From Candidatus Saccharibacteria bacterium UBA6824 (lineage in GTDB: Bacteria > Patescibacteriota > Saccharimonadia > Saccharimonadales > UBA10212): a DNA stretch of 64,000 bases. Below are positions 53,104 to 62,539 of this stretch, piece after piece. The notes beneath the pieces were generated by a model that had not been told where the DNA came from, made no database searches, and worked only from the letters and a program-made list of their open reading frames with translations. The stretch's first letter is position 1. Every line of letters starts with the position of its first letter. The stretch spans positions 70,675-134,674 of the forward strand of contig DKEK01000005.1 of assembly GCA_002452155.1 (NCBI GenBank). Reading direction: 5' to 3'. Made by a program: the position numbers and the translations under genes.

Positions 53104-53535
53104 TTAGAGGGCTTTTAGGAGGTGGGAGACAACGCGGTCGAAGGCTTGAACCTCTTTAGAATTAAGTAGTTTCAATAGTTCTTTGTGCTGGGTGGCTAGG
53201 ATTTTTTCGGCTTTATCGAAGGCTTTTTGGCCTTTGACGGTTAATTCCGCTTCACGCAGGCGCTTGTCTTTTTTATTGCGGCCGATACTGACTATCCCCT
53301 TCTTTTTTAGCAGCTGCAGCTGGCGGCTGACGTTAGCCTCTGTTTGGTAGAGCTTTGAGGCAACGGCGCGCTGACTTAAGGGCACTGAGCGGTGCAGGGC
53401 CTGCAGAATTTGGACTTGGCCAAAGCCTACCCCGACGGAGTCCCGCAGTAGCAGATCTGATTTATGTTGTAAAATAAACTCGAGGCGGTGCAGGGAAGTG
53501 AGGGGGTTATATGGGCCACGTTTATTTAATGCCAT
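53104..53535 (-). CDS. MarR-family transcriptional regulator
   Basis: Winged-HTH region SQRAVASKLYQTEANVSRQLQLLKKKGIVSIGRNKKDKRLREAELTVKG. Confidence 0.85.
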   Translation of the reverse strand: MALNKRGPYNPLTSLHRLEFILQHKSDLLLRDSVGVGFGQVQILQALHRSVPLSQRAVASKLYQTEANVSRQLQLLKKKGIVSIGRNKKDKRLREAELTVKGQKAFDKAEKILATQHKELLKLLNSKEVQAFDRVVSHLLKAL

Positions 53536-53581
53536 CTTCTTTCTAGCTTATGCTTAGATACTTAACAAGTCAAGCATTTTT

Positions 53582-53698
53582 GGAAGGAGCAGGGGAGTCG
53601 GGGATTTTAAACCTCTCGGGTCCTGCCGCTTAAGGCAACCTCCCACCAGTCCTCATCCGCCTACGGCGGATTGCGGGCTGGTGGTGTGCCCTCCTTCC
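53582..53698. other. 117-nt GC-rich branched hairpin element (candidate structured RNA), unassigned
   Basis: Closing stem GGAAGGAG/CTCCTTCC, internal stem CCACCAG/CTGGTGG, and an apical ATCCGCC-TAC-GGCGGAT hairpin. It lies between the rsmA stop and the marR start. Confidence 0.45.
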
Positions 53699-53714
53699 GC
53701 GTCACCCGAGCGGT

Positions 53715-54482
53715 TTATTGCCCAATTTTTACATATAGGCTGTGCCACTGCTTTAAGGAGAGTTCTTGCGCACGGGCATTGGGATTGATGCCCGCGCGTT
53801 TTAAGAGGTCGTCGGCCTGGTCTTTACTCATCCCCAACCCGCCGGAGAGTGAGCTGCGCAGTTTTTTACGGCGCTGCGAAAAGCCGGCTTTAACGATTTG
53901 GAAAAAAATTTGGCTATCTAAATTTTTAAATTGCGGTCGGGCATAACGCCGCAGAATTACGACTCGGGAATCGACTTTTGGCGGTGGTTCAAATAGTTTT
54001 GCTGGTACTATACGGCCTAACTCGGGCTGGTAATAAAGCTGGGCGCTGATGGCCAGCAGACTCATCTTCCCCGGCCCAGCAGCAATCCGCTCGGCTACCT
54101 CTCTTTGGACTAGTAAAACCATCGTAATCGGAGAATTGGGGGACTCAGCTAAAGTTCGCAGTAAATTGCTGGTCAAATAATAGGGGATGTTGGCGACGAC
54201 TTTATAATCTGTCGGCAACTGTGACAGGTCAAAGCTCAGGATGTCCCCAGGCACCACTTGCAGATTTGGCTTTAATGGCAGTTTGGCGGCCAGAGTCTCG
54301 TCTTTTTCGACAGCTATTACTTTGGCGCCGGTAGCTAGCAGCTTCTGTGTGAGTGTGCCGGTACCAGGGCCAATTTCTAAAATGGTATCGTTTAGCGAAA
54401 TATCTGCAGCATCGGCAATATAATTTAGGGTTGCTCCGTGACTTAGCCAGTGTTGCCCCAAAGATTTTTTTGCCAAGTTCAT
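53715..54482 (-). CDS. rsmA: 16S rRNA (adenine1518/1519-N6)-dimethyltransferase RsmA/KsgA
   Basis: KSLGQHWL N-terminus, SAM motif ILEIGPGTGTLT, and NIPYYLTS. Confidence 0.93.
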   Translation of the reverse strand: MNLAKKSLGQHWLSHGATLNYIADAADISLNDTILEIGPGTGTLTQKLLATGAKVIAVEKDETLAAKLPLKPNLQVVPGDILSFDLSQLPTDYKVVANIPYYLTSNLLRTLAESPNSPITMVLLVQREVAERIAAGPGKMSLLAISAQLYYQPELGRIVPAKLFEPPPKVDSRVVILRRYARPQFKNLDSQIFFQIVKAGFSQRRKKLRSSLSGGLGMSKDQADDLLKRAGINPNARAQELSLKQWHSLYVKIGQ

Positions 54483-54485
54483 GTT

Positions 54486-55709
54486 TTACCAATACGAATG
54501 GCTGAGCCAGAAGTTATAGGCTCCGCCCCAACCACCAAAGCGGCTGGCATAGCCGCTGCACCAGCGCAGTTGGGTGACGGGGTTGGTGGCCCAGTCGCCG
54601 CCGGCTGAAGCCATTTTACTGCCCGGCAGGGCTTGGCATAGTCCGTAAGCGCCGGAGGCATTTTGGGCCGCGGGGTTCCAGTTAGATTCGCGGCTGACGA
54701 TATAGTTTGCATAGGCATAATCACCGGCACTGATACCGGCGGCGGCCATCAAGCCGGTTTTATCGCCCGGTACAGCTATCGTGCTACCCCGGGCGGTTAT
54801 TTGCGGAACCGGGTCCTGCAACCTGATTTCCTGAAGCAATTGACGCGAGGTTTCTTTGCCGCCAGCGTCGGTCTGGAGGATGTAGGTCAAAAACTTCCTG
54901 CCGGGCGCGCCTTTTTGGCGCACAACAGTTGTACCGAAGCTCAGCGTTGGGTCATTAACCACTTCTTCCGGTGCTGGAATTGGTTCTTCGGCGGTAACAA
55001 TCTTGGCGTCTTTGCGCAGCACAAACACCGGTAGATTGGGGGTAATAGGCGTATCCTGGGCCGGCTGGACCGATTCACCGCCAGACAATTTGATTTGTTT
55101 TTCGGCCAGCAGTTCTTTAACGGTTTTGGCTTGGGTGTAAGTGGTCAGCTGGGCGCCGTAGAGATTTAGGGCTACCGGTGTGGCCCGGCCAACAACTACT
55201 TTTTCACCGATGACATTTTCGGTCACGGCACCTTGGTCAAAACTGGCGCGGTCTTCCGGCTGCAGAGCCAGGCCGGCGTTTTGGGCTACTACCCGCGGGC
55301 TTTTTTGGGCAGTCAGAGTGACAACTTTATTGCTGTTATCTACTACCGTTACCGGGCGGGCGCGGTAGATATTAACCCGAAAGTTATCCTCCGGAATTGG
55401 CGTATCCAAGCTGGGTTCGACGACATCTTCCGGGATCAAGTGCAGGGGCAGTTTAGCGACCATATCACCTACCGTCTTGGCTTTGGTATCGATAACTTTG
55501 CGGTCTTTGCCGTCAAACAAAAAAACCACATGGGCATCGCTAGGCTGCAGTGACCGACCGTTGCCCCCCAGCAGGGCGGCGCCGACGATTACAAAGCCCA
55601 GTAGCAAGCCAAAAATCGGTACAATATAGGGCCGTTTCGTAATATGCCGCTTGCCGCTGGCATGGGCCGCCCTGTAATGCCTGGTTACTTTGATGCGTAA
55701 AGGACTCAT
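54486..55709 (-). CDS. RpfB/YabE-like cell-wall protein (TM, DUF348 repeats, G5 domain, C-terminal transglycosylase-like domain)
   Basis: DUF348-like repeats (VGDMVAKLPLHL; VKELLAEKQIKL), a G5-like segment (TTVVRQKGAPGRKFLTY...), and a C-terminal SRESNWNPAAQNASGAYGLCQALPGSKM. Confidence 0.7.
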   Translation of the reverse strand: MSPLRIKVTRHYRAAHASGKRHITKRPYIVPIFGLLLGFVIVGAALLGGNGRSLQPSDAHVVFLFDGKDRKVIDTKAKTVGDMVAKLPLHLIPEDVVEPSLDTPIPEDNFRVNIYRARPVTVVDNSNKVVTLTAQKSPRVVAQNAGLALQPEDRASFDQGAVTENVIGEKVVVGRATPVALNLYGAQLTTYTQAKTVKELLAEKQIKLSGGESVQPAQDTPITPNLPVFVLRKDAKIVTAEEPIPAPEEVVNDPTLSFGTTVVRQKGAPGRKFLTYILQTDAGGKETSRQLLQEIRLQDPVPQITARGSTIAVPGDKTGLMAAAGISAGDYAYANYIVSRESNWNPAAQNASGAYGLCQALPGSKMASAGGDWATNPVTQLRWCSGYASRFGGWGGAYNFWLSHSYW

Positions 55710-55722
55710 AAAAGTCTACCTA

Positions 55723-57909
55723 TTATAACTTTTCCAGCGGGGCGAATGCGATGTTGAGTTTTTTAGTTCCCTTGCCCTTGAAATAAATGGTGGCGGTTTC
55801 GCCCTCCAGGGTCAAAACCGTGCCGTCACCGAAAATTTTGTGTCTCACGACTTCGCCCTCAGCCAGGTCTAGCACGTATCGCGGCTCGTCAGAGGCCTGT
55901 AGGCTGTCCGGCGAGCCAAAATCGGTCGCCGTAGCCACCCGTGAATCCTCGATATCGGCCAAAAAACGGCTTGGTGGATTGCTGGTGTAGCCGCCGTGCA
56001 GCCCCCGGCCGACAGCGTGAATTAAATAAAGCTCGGTCCGGGCCCGGGTCATGCCGACGTACATCAAACGTCTTTCTTCTTCCAGCTCGCTGGCATCATA
56101 AAGTGCCCGGCTGTGGGGTAGAACGGTTTCCTCCAGACCGGTTATAAAAACGGCTGGGAATTCCAGGCCTTTGGCGGAGTGCAGGGTCATCAGTGTTACA
56201 GCGTTTGGTCTGTCTTCGTCTTTTGTGGCCTTGCTTGCTCCGCCGGATTCTTTCATGTTGATGGTATCCAGGTCGCTGACCAGCGCCACTTCCTCCAAAA
56301 ACCCCCCCAGCCCAACATCGTGATACTGGGCGGCTACGCTTAGTAATTCTTTAACGTTTTCGACCCTGGCTTCACCCTGGGGCGTGCCGTCAATCAGGTG
56401 ACGGAAATAGTCGAGTTTTTTAAGCAGTCTTTCGGTCAGTACTTCGGGTGTCAGATTGTCAATTTGGCTACCAAAGCTGGCAATAATATCGGCCAGTTCG
56501 CTCAGCCCTTGGCGAGCCTTAGTGGTTAAAGCCGCGCAGGACTCAACCCTAGTCATGGCTTCCAGTAGGTCGTACCCCTCGCCGCGGCGCCAGCTGTCAA
56601 AAACTTCTAATGATTTGCGACCGATGCCGCGCGGCGGCAGATTGACAACGCGTTCAAAACTGACCGTATCATTCGGCTGATAGATCAAACGCAAATAAGC
56701 CATGACATCTTTAATTTCCTTGCGTTCGTAAAAGCGGACGCCGCCGACAATCCGGTACGGCAGACTGTAACTGACAAAGGCTTCTTCGATGGCCCGGCTT
56801 TGGGCATTGGTACGGTACAGCACAGCGAAGTCCCTGTAGTCACGTGCCCCGGCATCGACGGCCGCCCGTACCCGCCTGACAATCGCTTCGGCTTCGGCTC
56901 GTTCGGAACTGACCTGCAGTATTTGGACTGGTATACCGGGCGCGGCGGCCGTCCAGAGTTTTTTCTGGCTGCGGTTTTGGTTGTGGCTGATGACATTGTG
57001 GGCGGCCTCCAAAATGTTGGCGCTACTACGGTAGTTTTGCTCCAGTTTTATAACCGTAGCCCCCTCGTAATCGCTTTCGAAGTTAAGAATGTTGCGGTAG
57101 TCGGCACCCCGCCAGCTGTAAATACTTTGCCAGTCGTCACCGACGACGGCAATGTTATGGTGGGCTGCTGTCAATAGCTTGACCAACTGGTATTGGGCGG
57201 CATTGGTGTCTTGGTATTCGTCAATCATGACGTATTTGAACTGGCGCTGCCACTTGTCGCGGATCGGTGCCTGGGTTGTTAAAAGCTCAACCGTCCGAGC
57301 AATCAGATCATCAAAATCCAGGGCGCCATTTTCTTTGAGCAGATCTTCGTAAACCGGGAAAACTTTAGCCGCCGTCTGTTCGGCAGGACTGCCGGCAATC
57401 TCACTAAATTCGGCCGGCGTGACCATTTCATTTTTGGCGCCGGAGATGAGCGCCGCCAGTAGCCGCGGCGGAAATTTTTTTTCATCTATCTGTAGTCGAC
57501 GGCTGGCCTGCTTAATAGCGGCTAGTCGGTCAACTTCGTCCCAAATGACAAAATTTCTGGGAATGCCGATATGCTGCCCGTCTTGGCGCAAGATCCGTAC
57601 GCAGATGCCGTGGAAGGTACCCATAAAAGGCAGCAGGTTGCGGTTGCCGCGGCTACCGCCCAAAAGCTCTGTAATCCGGTGGCGCATTTCGCCGGACGCT
57701 TTGTTGGTGAAAGTCACAGCTAAAATATTAAACGGCGTGGCCCGGTTGGTGGCTAAAATGTAAGCTAAGCGGTGCGTCAGGGTTTTGGTTTTACCGCTGC
57801 CGGCGCCGGCCAAAATTAGCAGTGGACCCTCGGTAGTTTTAACCGCCCGGGCTTGTTCCGGGTTTAGCCCCTCCAGTAAAAAATCGACGTCTTTAACACC
57901 TCGCGACAT
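55723..57909 (-). CDS. pcrA: ATP-dependent DNA helicase PcrA/UvrD
   Basis: SF1 motifs AGAGSGKT, DEYQDTN, VGDDWQSIYSWRGA, TLHSAKGLEF and YVGMTRA. Confidence 0.95.
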   Translation of the reverse strand: MSRGVKDVDFLLEGLNPEQARAVKTTEGPLLILAGAGSGKTKTLTHRLAYILATNRATPFNILAVTFTNKASGEMRHRITELLGGSRGNRNLLPFMGTFHGICVRILRQDGQHIGIPRNFVIWDEVDRLAAIKQASRRLQIDEKKFPPRLLAALISGAKNEMVTPAEFSEIAGSPAEQTAAKVFPVYEDLLKENGALDFDDLIARTVELLTTQAPIRDKWQRQFKYVMIDEYQDTNAAQYQLVKLLTAAHHNIAVVGDDWQSIYSWRGADYRNILNFESDYEGATVIKLEQNYRSSANILEAAHNVISHNQNRSQKKLWTAAAPGIPVQILQVSSERAEAEAIVRRVRAAVDAGARDYRDFAVLYRTNAQSRAIEEAFVSYSLPYRIVGGVRFYERKEIKDVMAYLRLIYQPNDTVSFERVVNLPPRGIGRKSLEVFDSWRRGEGYDLLEAMTRVESCAALTTKARQGLSELADIIASFGSQIDNLTPEVLTERLLKKLDYFRHLIDGTPQGEARVENVKELLSVAAQYHDVGLGGFLEEVALVSDLDTINMKESGGASKATKDEDRPNAVTLMTLHSAKGLEFPAVFITGLEETVLPHSRALYDASELEEERRLMYVGMTRARTELYLIHAVGRGLHGGYTSNPPSRFLADIEDSRVATATDFGSPDSLQASDEPRYVLDLAEGEVVRHKIFGDGTVLTLEGETATIYFKGKGTKKLNIAFAPLEKL

Positions 57910-58045
57910 CTTTCAATTGTAACAGCCGACGGCTCTTCACCATTAACCCTTAACCGTTTACCGTGCATTAACCATTGACTGTTACCTATGGGGGGATGGA
58001 TCACGGCTATTTTATGGTGAATGGTAAATAGTAAATGGTTAACGG

Positions 58046-59221
58046 CTATTGGATGTTTTGGAAGCTGCTAAGCATGGTCTGGATTAGGTCGCCGTTTTTG
58101 GCGGTTGCGTCCTTAACCCGGGCTACTACGTAGTCGTTGCTTTTGAGATTCTTGGTATAGATATCGCCCTGTAGGCTACCGTCGGCATTTTTGATATTTG
58201 CCTGGACAATCGTATCACTGGTCAATTTGGCGGCGTTATTAAGCGGTCCCTGGTCGCAGGCTACCGTACCCGGTGTGTCCACGCCGCCGGACGATGTAAA
58301 GCTCAAGTGCCCAAAGTAATACTTCGCATCAGCCGTGCCGACGCACCAGCCCAAAAAGTCATAGTATTGGGCGGCGCGGGTTGGCGGCAAAAACTTGCCC
58401 GAAGTAATAGCTACGGCTACATCTTTGTTAGTGGGAAAGGTGAGAACAAAGGCGTAAGCGACATCGGGTTTGGCTGCAGCCGACCGCTTGGAGAAACCTT
58501 GGTCAGTCGTGGCCGCCGGCGCTCCCCAAGCCGTGGGGTAGGCAAAACTCAGGTTGGCCTCAACCAATTTAGTGGCGCTAAAGCCGGCCGGGATGCTTGC
58601 CTGGGTAGCGGAGCCGCTGGGCGGAGCGCTAGTAGCCGCCGTATCGGCCTTCTTAAAAATGTGCAGTGGTAAATTTATACTGCCCAGGATCAAGCCCTTA
58701 TCGATGGCGGCGTAGGCACCGAGCAGTAGAATAAGTATAAGTAGTGGCGCTAGCCATCGCTTGGCGCGCGATCCATGATGTTTGGGCGCCTGGCCTCCAC
58801 TGATGGGCGTATGATTACTGCTGCCAAAAACACTTGGTTTGGGTTCGGTGGTGACAATTTGTTCGTCCCTAAATTCGCTGGCCTTGACGGGCCCAAAGCC
58901 ACTACTGGGCTGACCCGGGTTAATGCCGGTTAGGTCAGATACGGGCATATATGGGCTACGCTCGGCGTCTGATGCGCCATCGCTGTGGGGCTTAAAGGGC
59001 GGCGAGAGTTGCGGTTCGCCCTCCATAATAGCCGGGGGGACAGACTGCTCATCGGTTTTGACGTTTATTTTCTCGCTATCAGATGCTTCCTTGGGCGCGA
59101 TCATCGGGTCGGGCATCATCGGCTGATGGCCGGTTATGACCGGACGCCCGGACGGCGCGGCGCCGTAAGTATACGGCTTGTTAATATCAAAGACTGTCGG
59201 TCCGCTATTTTTTTTATCCAT
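58046..59221 (-). CDS. bitopic membrane protein with Pro-rich N-terminal region, unknown function
   Basis: 391-aa ORF with a central TM (WLAPLLILILLLGAYAAI). The stop of the upstream tpiA abuts its start. Confidence 0.5.
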   Translation of the reverse strand: MDKKNSGPTVFDINKPYTYGAAPSGRPVITGHQPMMPDPMIAPKEASDSEKINVKTDEQSVPPAIMEGEPQLSPPFKPHSDGASDAERSPYMPVSDLTGINPGQPSSGFGPVKASEFRDEQIVTTEPKPSVFGSSNHTPISGGQAPKHHGSRAKRWLAPLLILILLLGAYAAIDKGLILGSINLPLHIFKKADTAATSAPPSGSATQASIPAGFSATKLVEANLSFAYPTAWGAPAATTDQGFSKRSAAAKPDVAYAFVLTFPTNKDVAVAITSGKFLPPTRAAQYYDFLGWCVGTADAKYYFGHLSFTSSGGVDTPGTVACDQGPLNNAAKLTSDTIVQANIKNADGSLQGDIYTKNLKSNDYVVARVKDATAKNGDLIQTMLSSFQNIQ

Positions 59222-60010
59222 TTATTCACCCTCCCCGCTACTTCTTCGATTGCGCTGCCAGCGGTGTGCTGCTTCTACAATACCCGCAAAGCTCTCGTAG
59301 TTCAAACTCGAGTGGCCGATCAAAAAGCCGTCGATACCCGGCACGGCTAGTAAGCCGTGGATAACTTCCGGCGCGACGTCGCCACCATATAGGACACGGA
59401 CTTTTTTGGCGGCTAGCTCGTTAAACACATCGCCTATGTAACGACGTATATAAGTCACGGCTGCCTCAACTTGATCCGGTTTAGCCGCCACCTGGCCGAT
59501 GGCCCAAACCGGTTCGTAGGCAATAACAGTTTTGCCTACTTCATGGGCCGTTAAGTTACTCAGCGCAGTCATTAGCTGGTCGTGTAATACCTGCTTGGTT
59601 TCGCCTTCGTCGCGTTCATGCTTGGTCTCGCCAACGCATAAAATAGGCGTGATTTCATTGCGGATAGCGGCCGCTACTTTGTCTCGAACCATGTTTAGGT
59701 CTTCGTCAAAAATGTGCCGCCGCTCGCTGTGGCCAATGATGCCGTAGTGTACCAGCTCGCGCAGCATGGTAAAGCTGACCTCACCGGTAAAAGCGCCTTC
59801 GTCGTGAAAGTAGGCGTTTTGGCTGGCCAGGCGGAATTTGCGGCGGTCGATCTGGGTACTCAGCGGCTGCAACGCCAGCATGCTGGGCGCCAGTACTACT
59901 TCGATGTCATGGTGAATTTTAATTCTCTCGGACAAACGGTGCAGTAAAAGACTCGCCTGGCTGGCATTTAGGTGCATCTTCCAGTTGCCGACAATTAAAA
60001 GCTTACGCAT
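59222..60010 (-). CDS. tpiA: triosephosphate isomerase
   Basis: GNWKMH, GHSERR, AYEPVWAIG and YGG motifs. Confidence 0.93.
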   Translation of the reverse strand: MRKLLIVGNWKMHLNASQASLLLHRLSERIKIHHDIEVVLAPSMLALQPLSTQIDRRKFRLASQNAYFHDEGAFTGEVSFTMLRELVHYGIIGHSERRHIFDEDLNMVRDKVAAAIRNEITPILCVGETKHERDEGETKQVLHDQLMTALSNLTAHEVGKTVIAYEPVWAIGQVAAKPDQVEAAVTYIRRYIGDVFNELAAKKVRVLYGGDVAPEVIHGLLAVPGIDGFLIGHSSLNYESFAGIVEAAHRWQRNRRSSGEGE

Positions 60011-60066
60011 TCCACCCGATCATTCTTATGGTTATTGTACATTAAACAGTTGTGGCGCGGCTAGAT

Positions 60067-61350
60067 TTATTTGTCCTGCAGGGCTTCTATGCCCGGTAGC
60101 TTTTTACCGGCCATCAGATCAAGACTGGCACTACCGCCGGTTGAAACGTGGTTAAAGTCCTCGATTAAATTTTCGGACTCCACGTAAGCTACCGTATCGC
60201 CGCCGCCAACAATTGTGTATGGTTTGTTTTTATGGCCATTGGTCGCGCCAATCATAGCCTCAACGACTGTGCGCGTGCCGTGGGCAAATGGATCCTCCGC
60301 ACCGGCAATGCCTTTGGTTTCAGTCATGCCCAGCGTACCGCCGAAGATCACCGTCTTGGCCATTTTAACCGCGCCGGCAATCAGAGCCGCGCTGATGGGG
60401 CCAATGTCTAGGATCAGCTCATCGGCGGCTACGGTGTGGGCGCCGGCGGCCGGCTGTTTGGGATAGGCTTCAATGTCGGCTAGGGTGTTGCTAGTTAGAT
60501 CTACCAGCCTAGTGGGCAGCCGGCCGGCCATTGACCGACTGACCACGGCGTCTACCGGTACTAGAAAATTAAAGTCACGTTTTTTCTCCTGGGCCCGGGC
60601 TTGGTGCAGGATATTTTCGGTTTCGTGCATCAGTTCTTCTTCATGATAGCTCTTGCCAATTTTTAGGCCTTCGGCGGCTAAAAAGTTATTGGCTAGCGCG
60701 CCGCCAACGACTAGGGCATCAGCCACTTCGATAAACTTGCCCAGCACCTCAATCTTGTCTCTGATTTTAGCGCCGCCGACCACGGCTACAAACGGCCGGT
60801 TGGGGCTGTCCATAGTTTTTTGGATAATCTCAACTTCTTTTTCCAGCAGTAGTCCGGCTACAGAGGGCAAGAGTTTGGTAATGGCATCAGTGCTGGCGTG
60901 GGCCCGGTGGACTACGCCAAAGCCATCCTGCACAAAAACCTCAGCGCCGGCTGCCTCAATGATAGCTTTGGCGAACCCGGAATCATTTTTCTCTTCTCCC
61001 TCATGGAAGCGCAGATTTTCCAGTAAGGTTACCCTGCCGGCGGCTTTAGCTTGTTTGCCTACACAGTCCATGGCAAAACCAACTGGTGACCCGCGCAACT
61101 GGCTGAGCCGTTTAACTACCGGCAACAGGCTAAGCTCGGCATTAGGCTTACCCTCGGGCCGGCCAAGGTGGGAAATAATAATCAGGGCGGCCGGTTTCTG
61201 CCCCAGAATATATTCAATAGTCGGTAGTGACTGGCGGATTCTATAATCGTCAACTACCCGGCCATCTCTAATTGGCACATTATAATCGGCCCGCAGCAGT
61301 ATGCGCTTGCCTTTTAGGCTTATGTCCCGAATTGTTTTTTTCCCCACCAT
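60067..61350 (-). CDS. pgk: phosphoglycerate kinase
   Basis: RADYNVPI, SHLGRP, GGAKI.DKI and STGGGA motifs. Confidence 0.93.
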   Translation of the reverse strand: MVGKKTIRDISLKGKRILLRADYNVPIRDGRVVDDYRIRQSLPTIEYILGQKPAALIIISHLGRPEGKPNAELSLLPVVKRLSQLRGSPVGFAMDCVGKQAKAAGRVTLLENLRFHEGEEKNDSGFAKAIIEAAGAEVFVQDGFGVVHRAHASTDAITKLLPSVAGLLLEKEVEIIQKTMDSPNRPFVAVVGGAKIRDKIEVLGKFIEVADALVVGGALANNFLAAEGLKIGKSYHEEELMHETENILHQARAQEKKRDFNFLVPVDAVVSRSMAGRLPTRLVDLTSNTLADIEAYPKQPAAGAHTVAADELILDIGPISAALIAGAVKMAKTVIFGGTLGMTETKGIAGAEDPFAHGTRTVVEAMIGATNGHKNKPYTIVGGGDTVAYVESENLIEDFNHVSTGGSASLDLMAGKKLPGIEALQDK

Positions 61351-61398
61351 CTTCTCTTACTTCAGTATGTCAAACTTAGCTATCTGTATCAAAGCGGA

Positions 61399-61473
61399 TG
61401 GTGACCCCAAGGGGAATCGAACCCCTCTTGCCGGGATGAAAACCCGGTGTCCTAACCTCTAGACGATGGGGCC
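61399..61473 (-). tRNA. tRNA-Glu(TTC)
   Basis: GGCCCCATCGTCTAGAGGTTAGGAC, anticodon stem CCGGG/CCCGG with loop TTTTCAT, T arm GGGGTTCGATTCCCC, encoded CCA. It is flanked by a 13-bp inverted repeat. Confidence 0.9.
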
Positions 61474-61867
61474 TTCATCCGCTTTGATAATCATATAATC
61501 AGCCATATTTTATCACTTCTAAGGTGTTTTAATGGCATCAAAAAAACCCTCGGAACTCCGAAGGTTTCATTAATTCGTTGGTCTCATACAATTTTATAAA
61601 AACACGCAGTGCAGGTTTTTATAAAATTGAGAGGAGCAACATAGCACTAGACCGAAGCTTTTAGCGACTAGCTAAAACGAGGTAGGTGCGTAAGTTGCGA
61701 CGAGCGGTCAGTCATGATAGCTCTACCTAAACCCTAGCACATTTTACCCCTTGGGGCAACTGTTATCCACAGCGTTCGCAGGGACTAGCCTTCCGCGGGC
61801 AAAGGACAGTCCCCGTAAGTGGAGTACGCCCAGGAAGGCGTACTCCACTGCAAAGGTTAAATTTGTT

Positions 61868-62539
61868 TTATTGGCGAGCGCGGCGAGTCACAAAATAGTG
61901 ACCAGCACCGGCGATCGCACTAACTCCAGCGAACAGACCAACTACACTACCAGGACCGGTGTTAGGCAAAGCCTTAGCAGCGGGCGGGGTTGGTGTAGGG
62001 GTCGGGGTCGGGGTTGGTGTAGGTGTAGGGCAGTTGACCTTGGCTTTAAAATTCACGAACTCCGTAGTAGAGCCGTTTATGCCGCCAATGTTTACACCAC
62101 CCTGTGTAATAGTGTCAGGCAAAGTTTTAATTACGTTGCCATCACTATCATAGAGTGTAGTTGTACCGTTTTCATATGCCAGGCTACCACCAGAGGCAAC
62201 GTTTACTGTAACGCTACCACTTGTGCCAGCACTTGCGCCTTCGGCAGGTGTAGCAATTAGTGTGCCGTTAGCCAAGTTGGCACTGACTTGAATGTTAGTC
62301 AAACCACCATAGGCAGCGTTGTGCAGCATTGCGCTGTACTGAAGCTCATCGCCGCAAGCGGCGCTGGCAGTGTTGGCATAGCTAGTTTTTTGAGTCAGAT
62401 TCTTTACTTGGTAAACTTGCGAGCCACCTGTTAACTGGCCCGGGCTGTCTGCCAAGACTGGAGAAAAATTGAAAGCTGCGATGGCTAAGGTCATGATAAT
62501 ACCAGAAGCTAAAGCAGCAAGTTTAGATAGACTTTTCAT
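61868..62539 (-). CDS. LPXTG-anchored surface protein with (PT)n linker
   Basis: GGAGA RBS before ATG 62539. Signal peptide MKSLSKLAALASGIIMTLAIAAFNFSPVLA. The C-terminus has PTPTPTPTPTPTPTPP, LPNTG, a hydrophobic segment and RRARQ. The track ORF extends upstream to 62689. Confidence 0.8.
   Translation of the reverse strand: MKSLSKLAALASGIIMTLAIAAFNFSPVLADSPGQLTGGSQVYQVKNLTQKTSYANTASAACGDELQYSAMLHNAAYGGLTNIQVSANLANGTLIATPAEGASAGTSGSVTVNVASGGSLAYENGTTTLYDSDGNVIKTLPDTITQGGVNIGGINGSTTEFVNFKAKVNCPTPTPTPTPTPTPTPPAAKALPNTGPGSVVGLFAGVSAIAGAGHYFVTRRARQ

Noticed and set aside
53582-53698. Possible SRP (4.5S) RNA or guanidine-I/TPP riboswitch
   Set aside because: On neither strand could I place the SRP helix-8 motif (GGUCC-GGAA-GGAAGCAGC with correct 5' partner) or the ordered ykkC or TPP conserved blocks. 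Only short partial matches were seen. It is reported as an unassigned structure instead.
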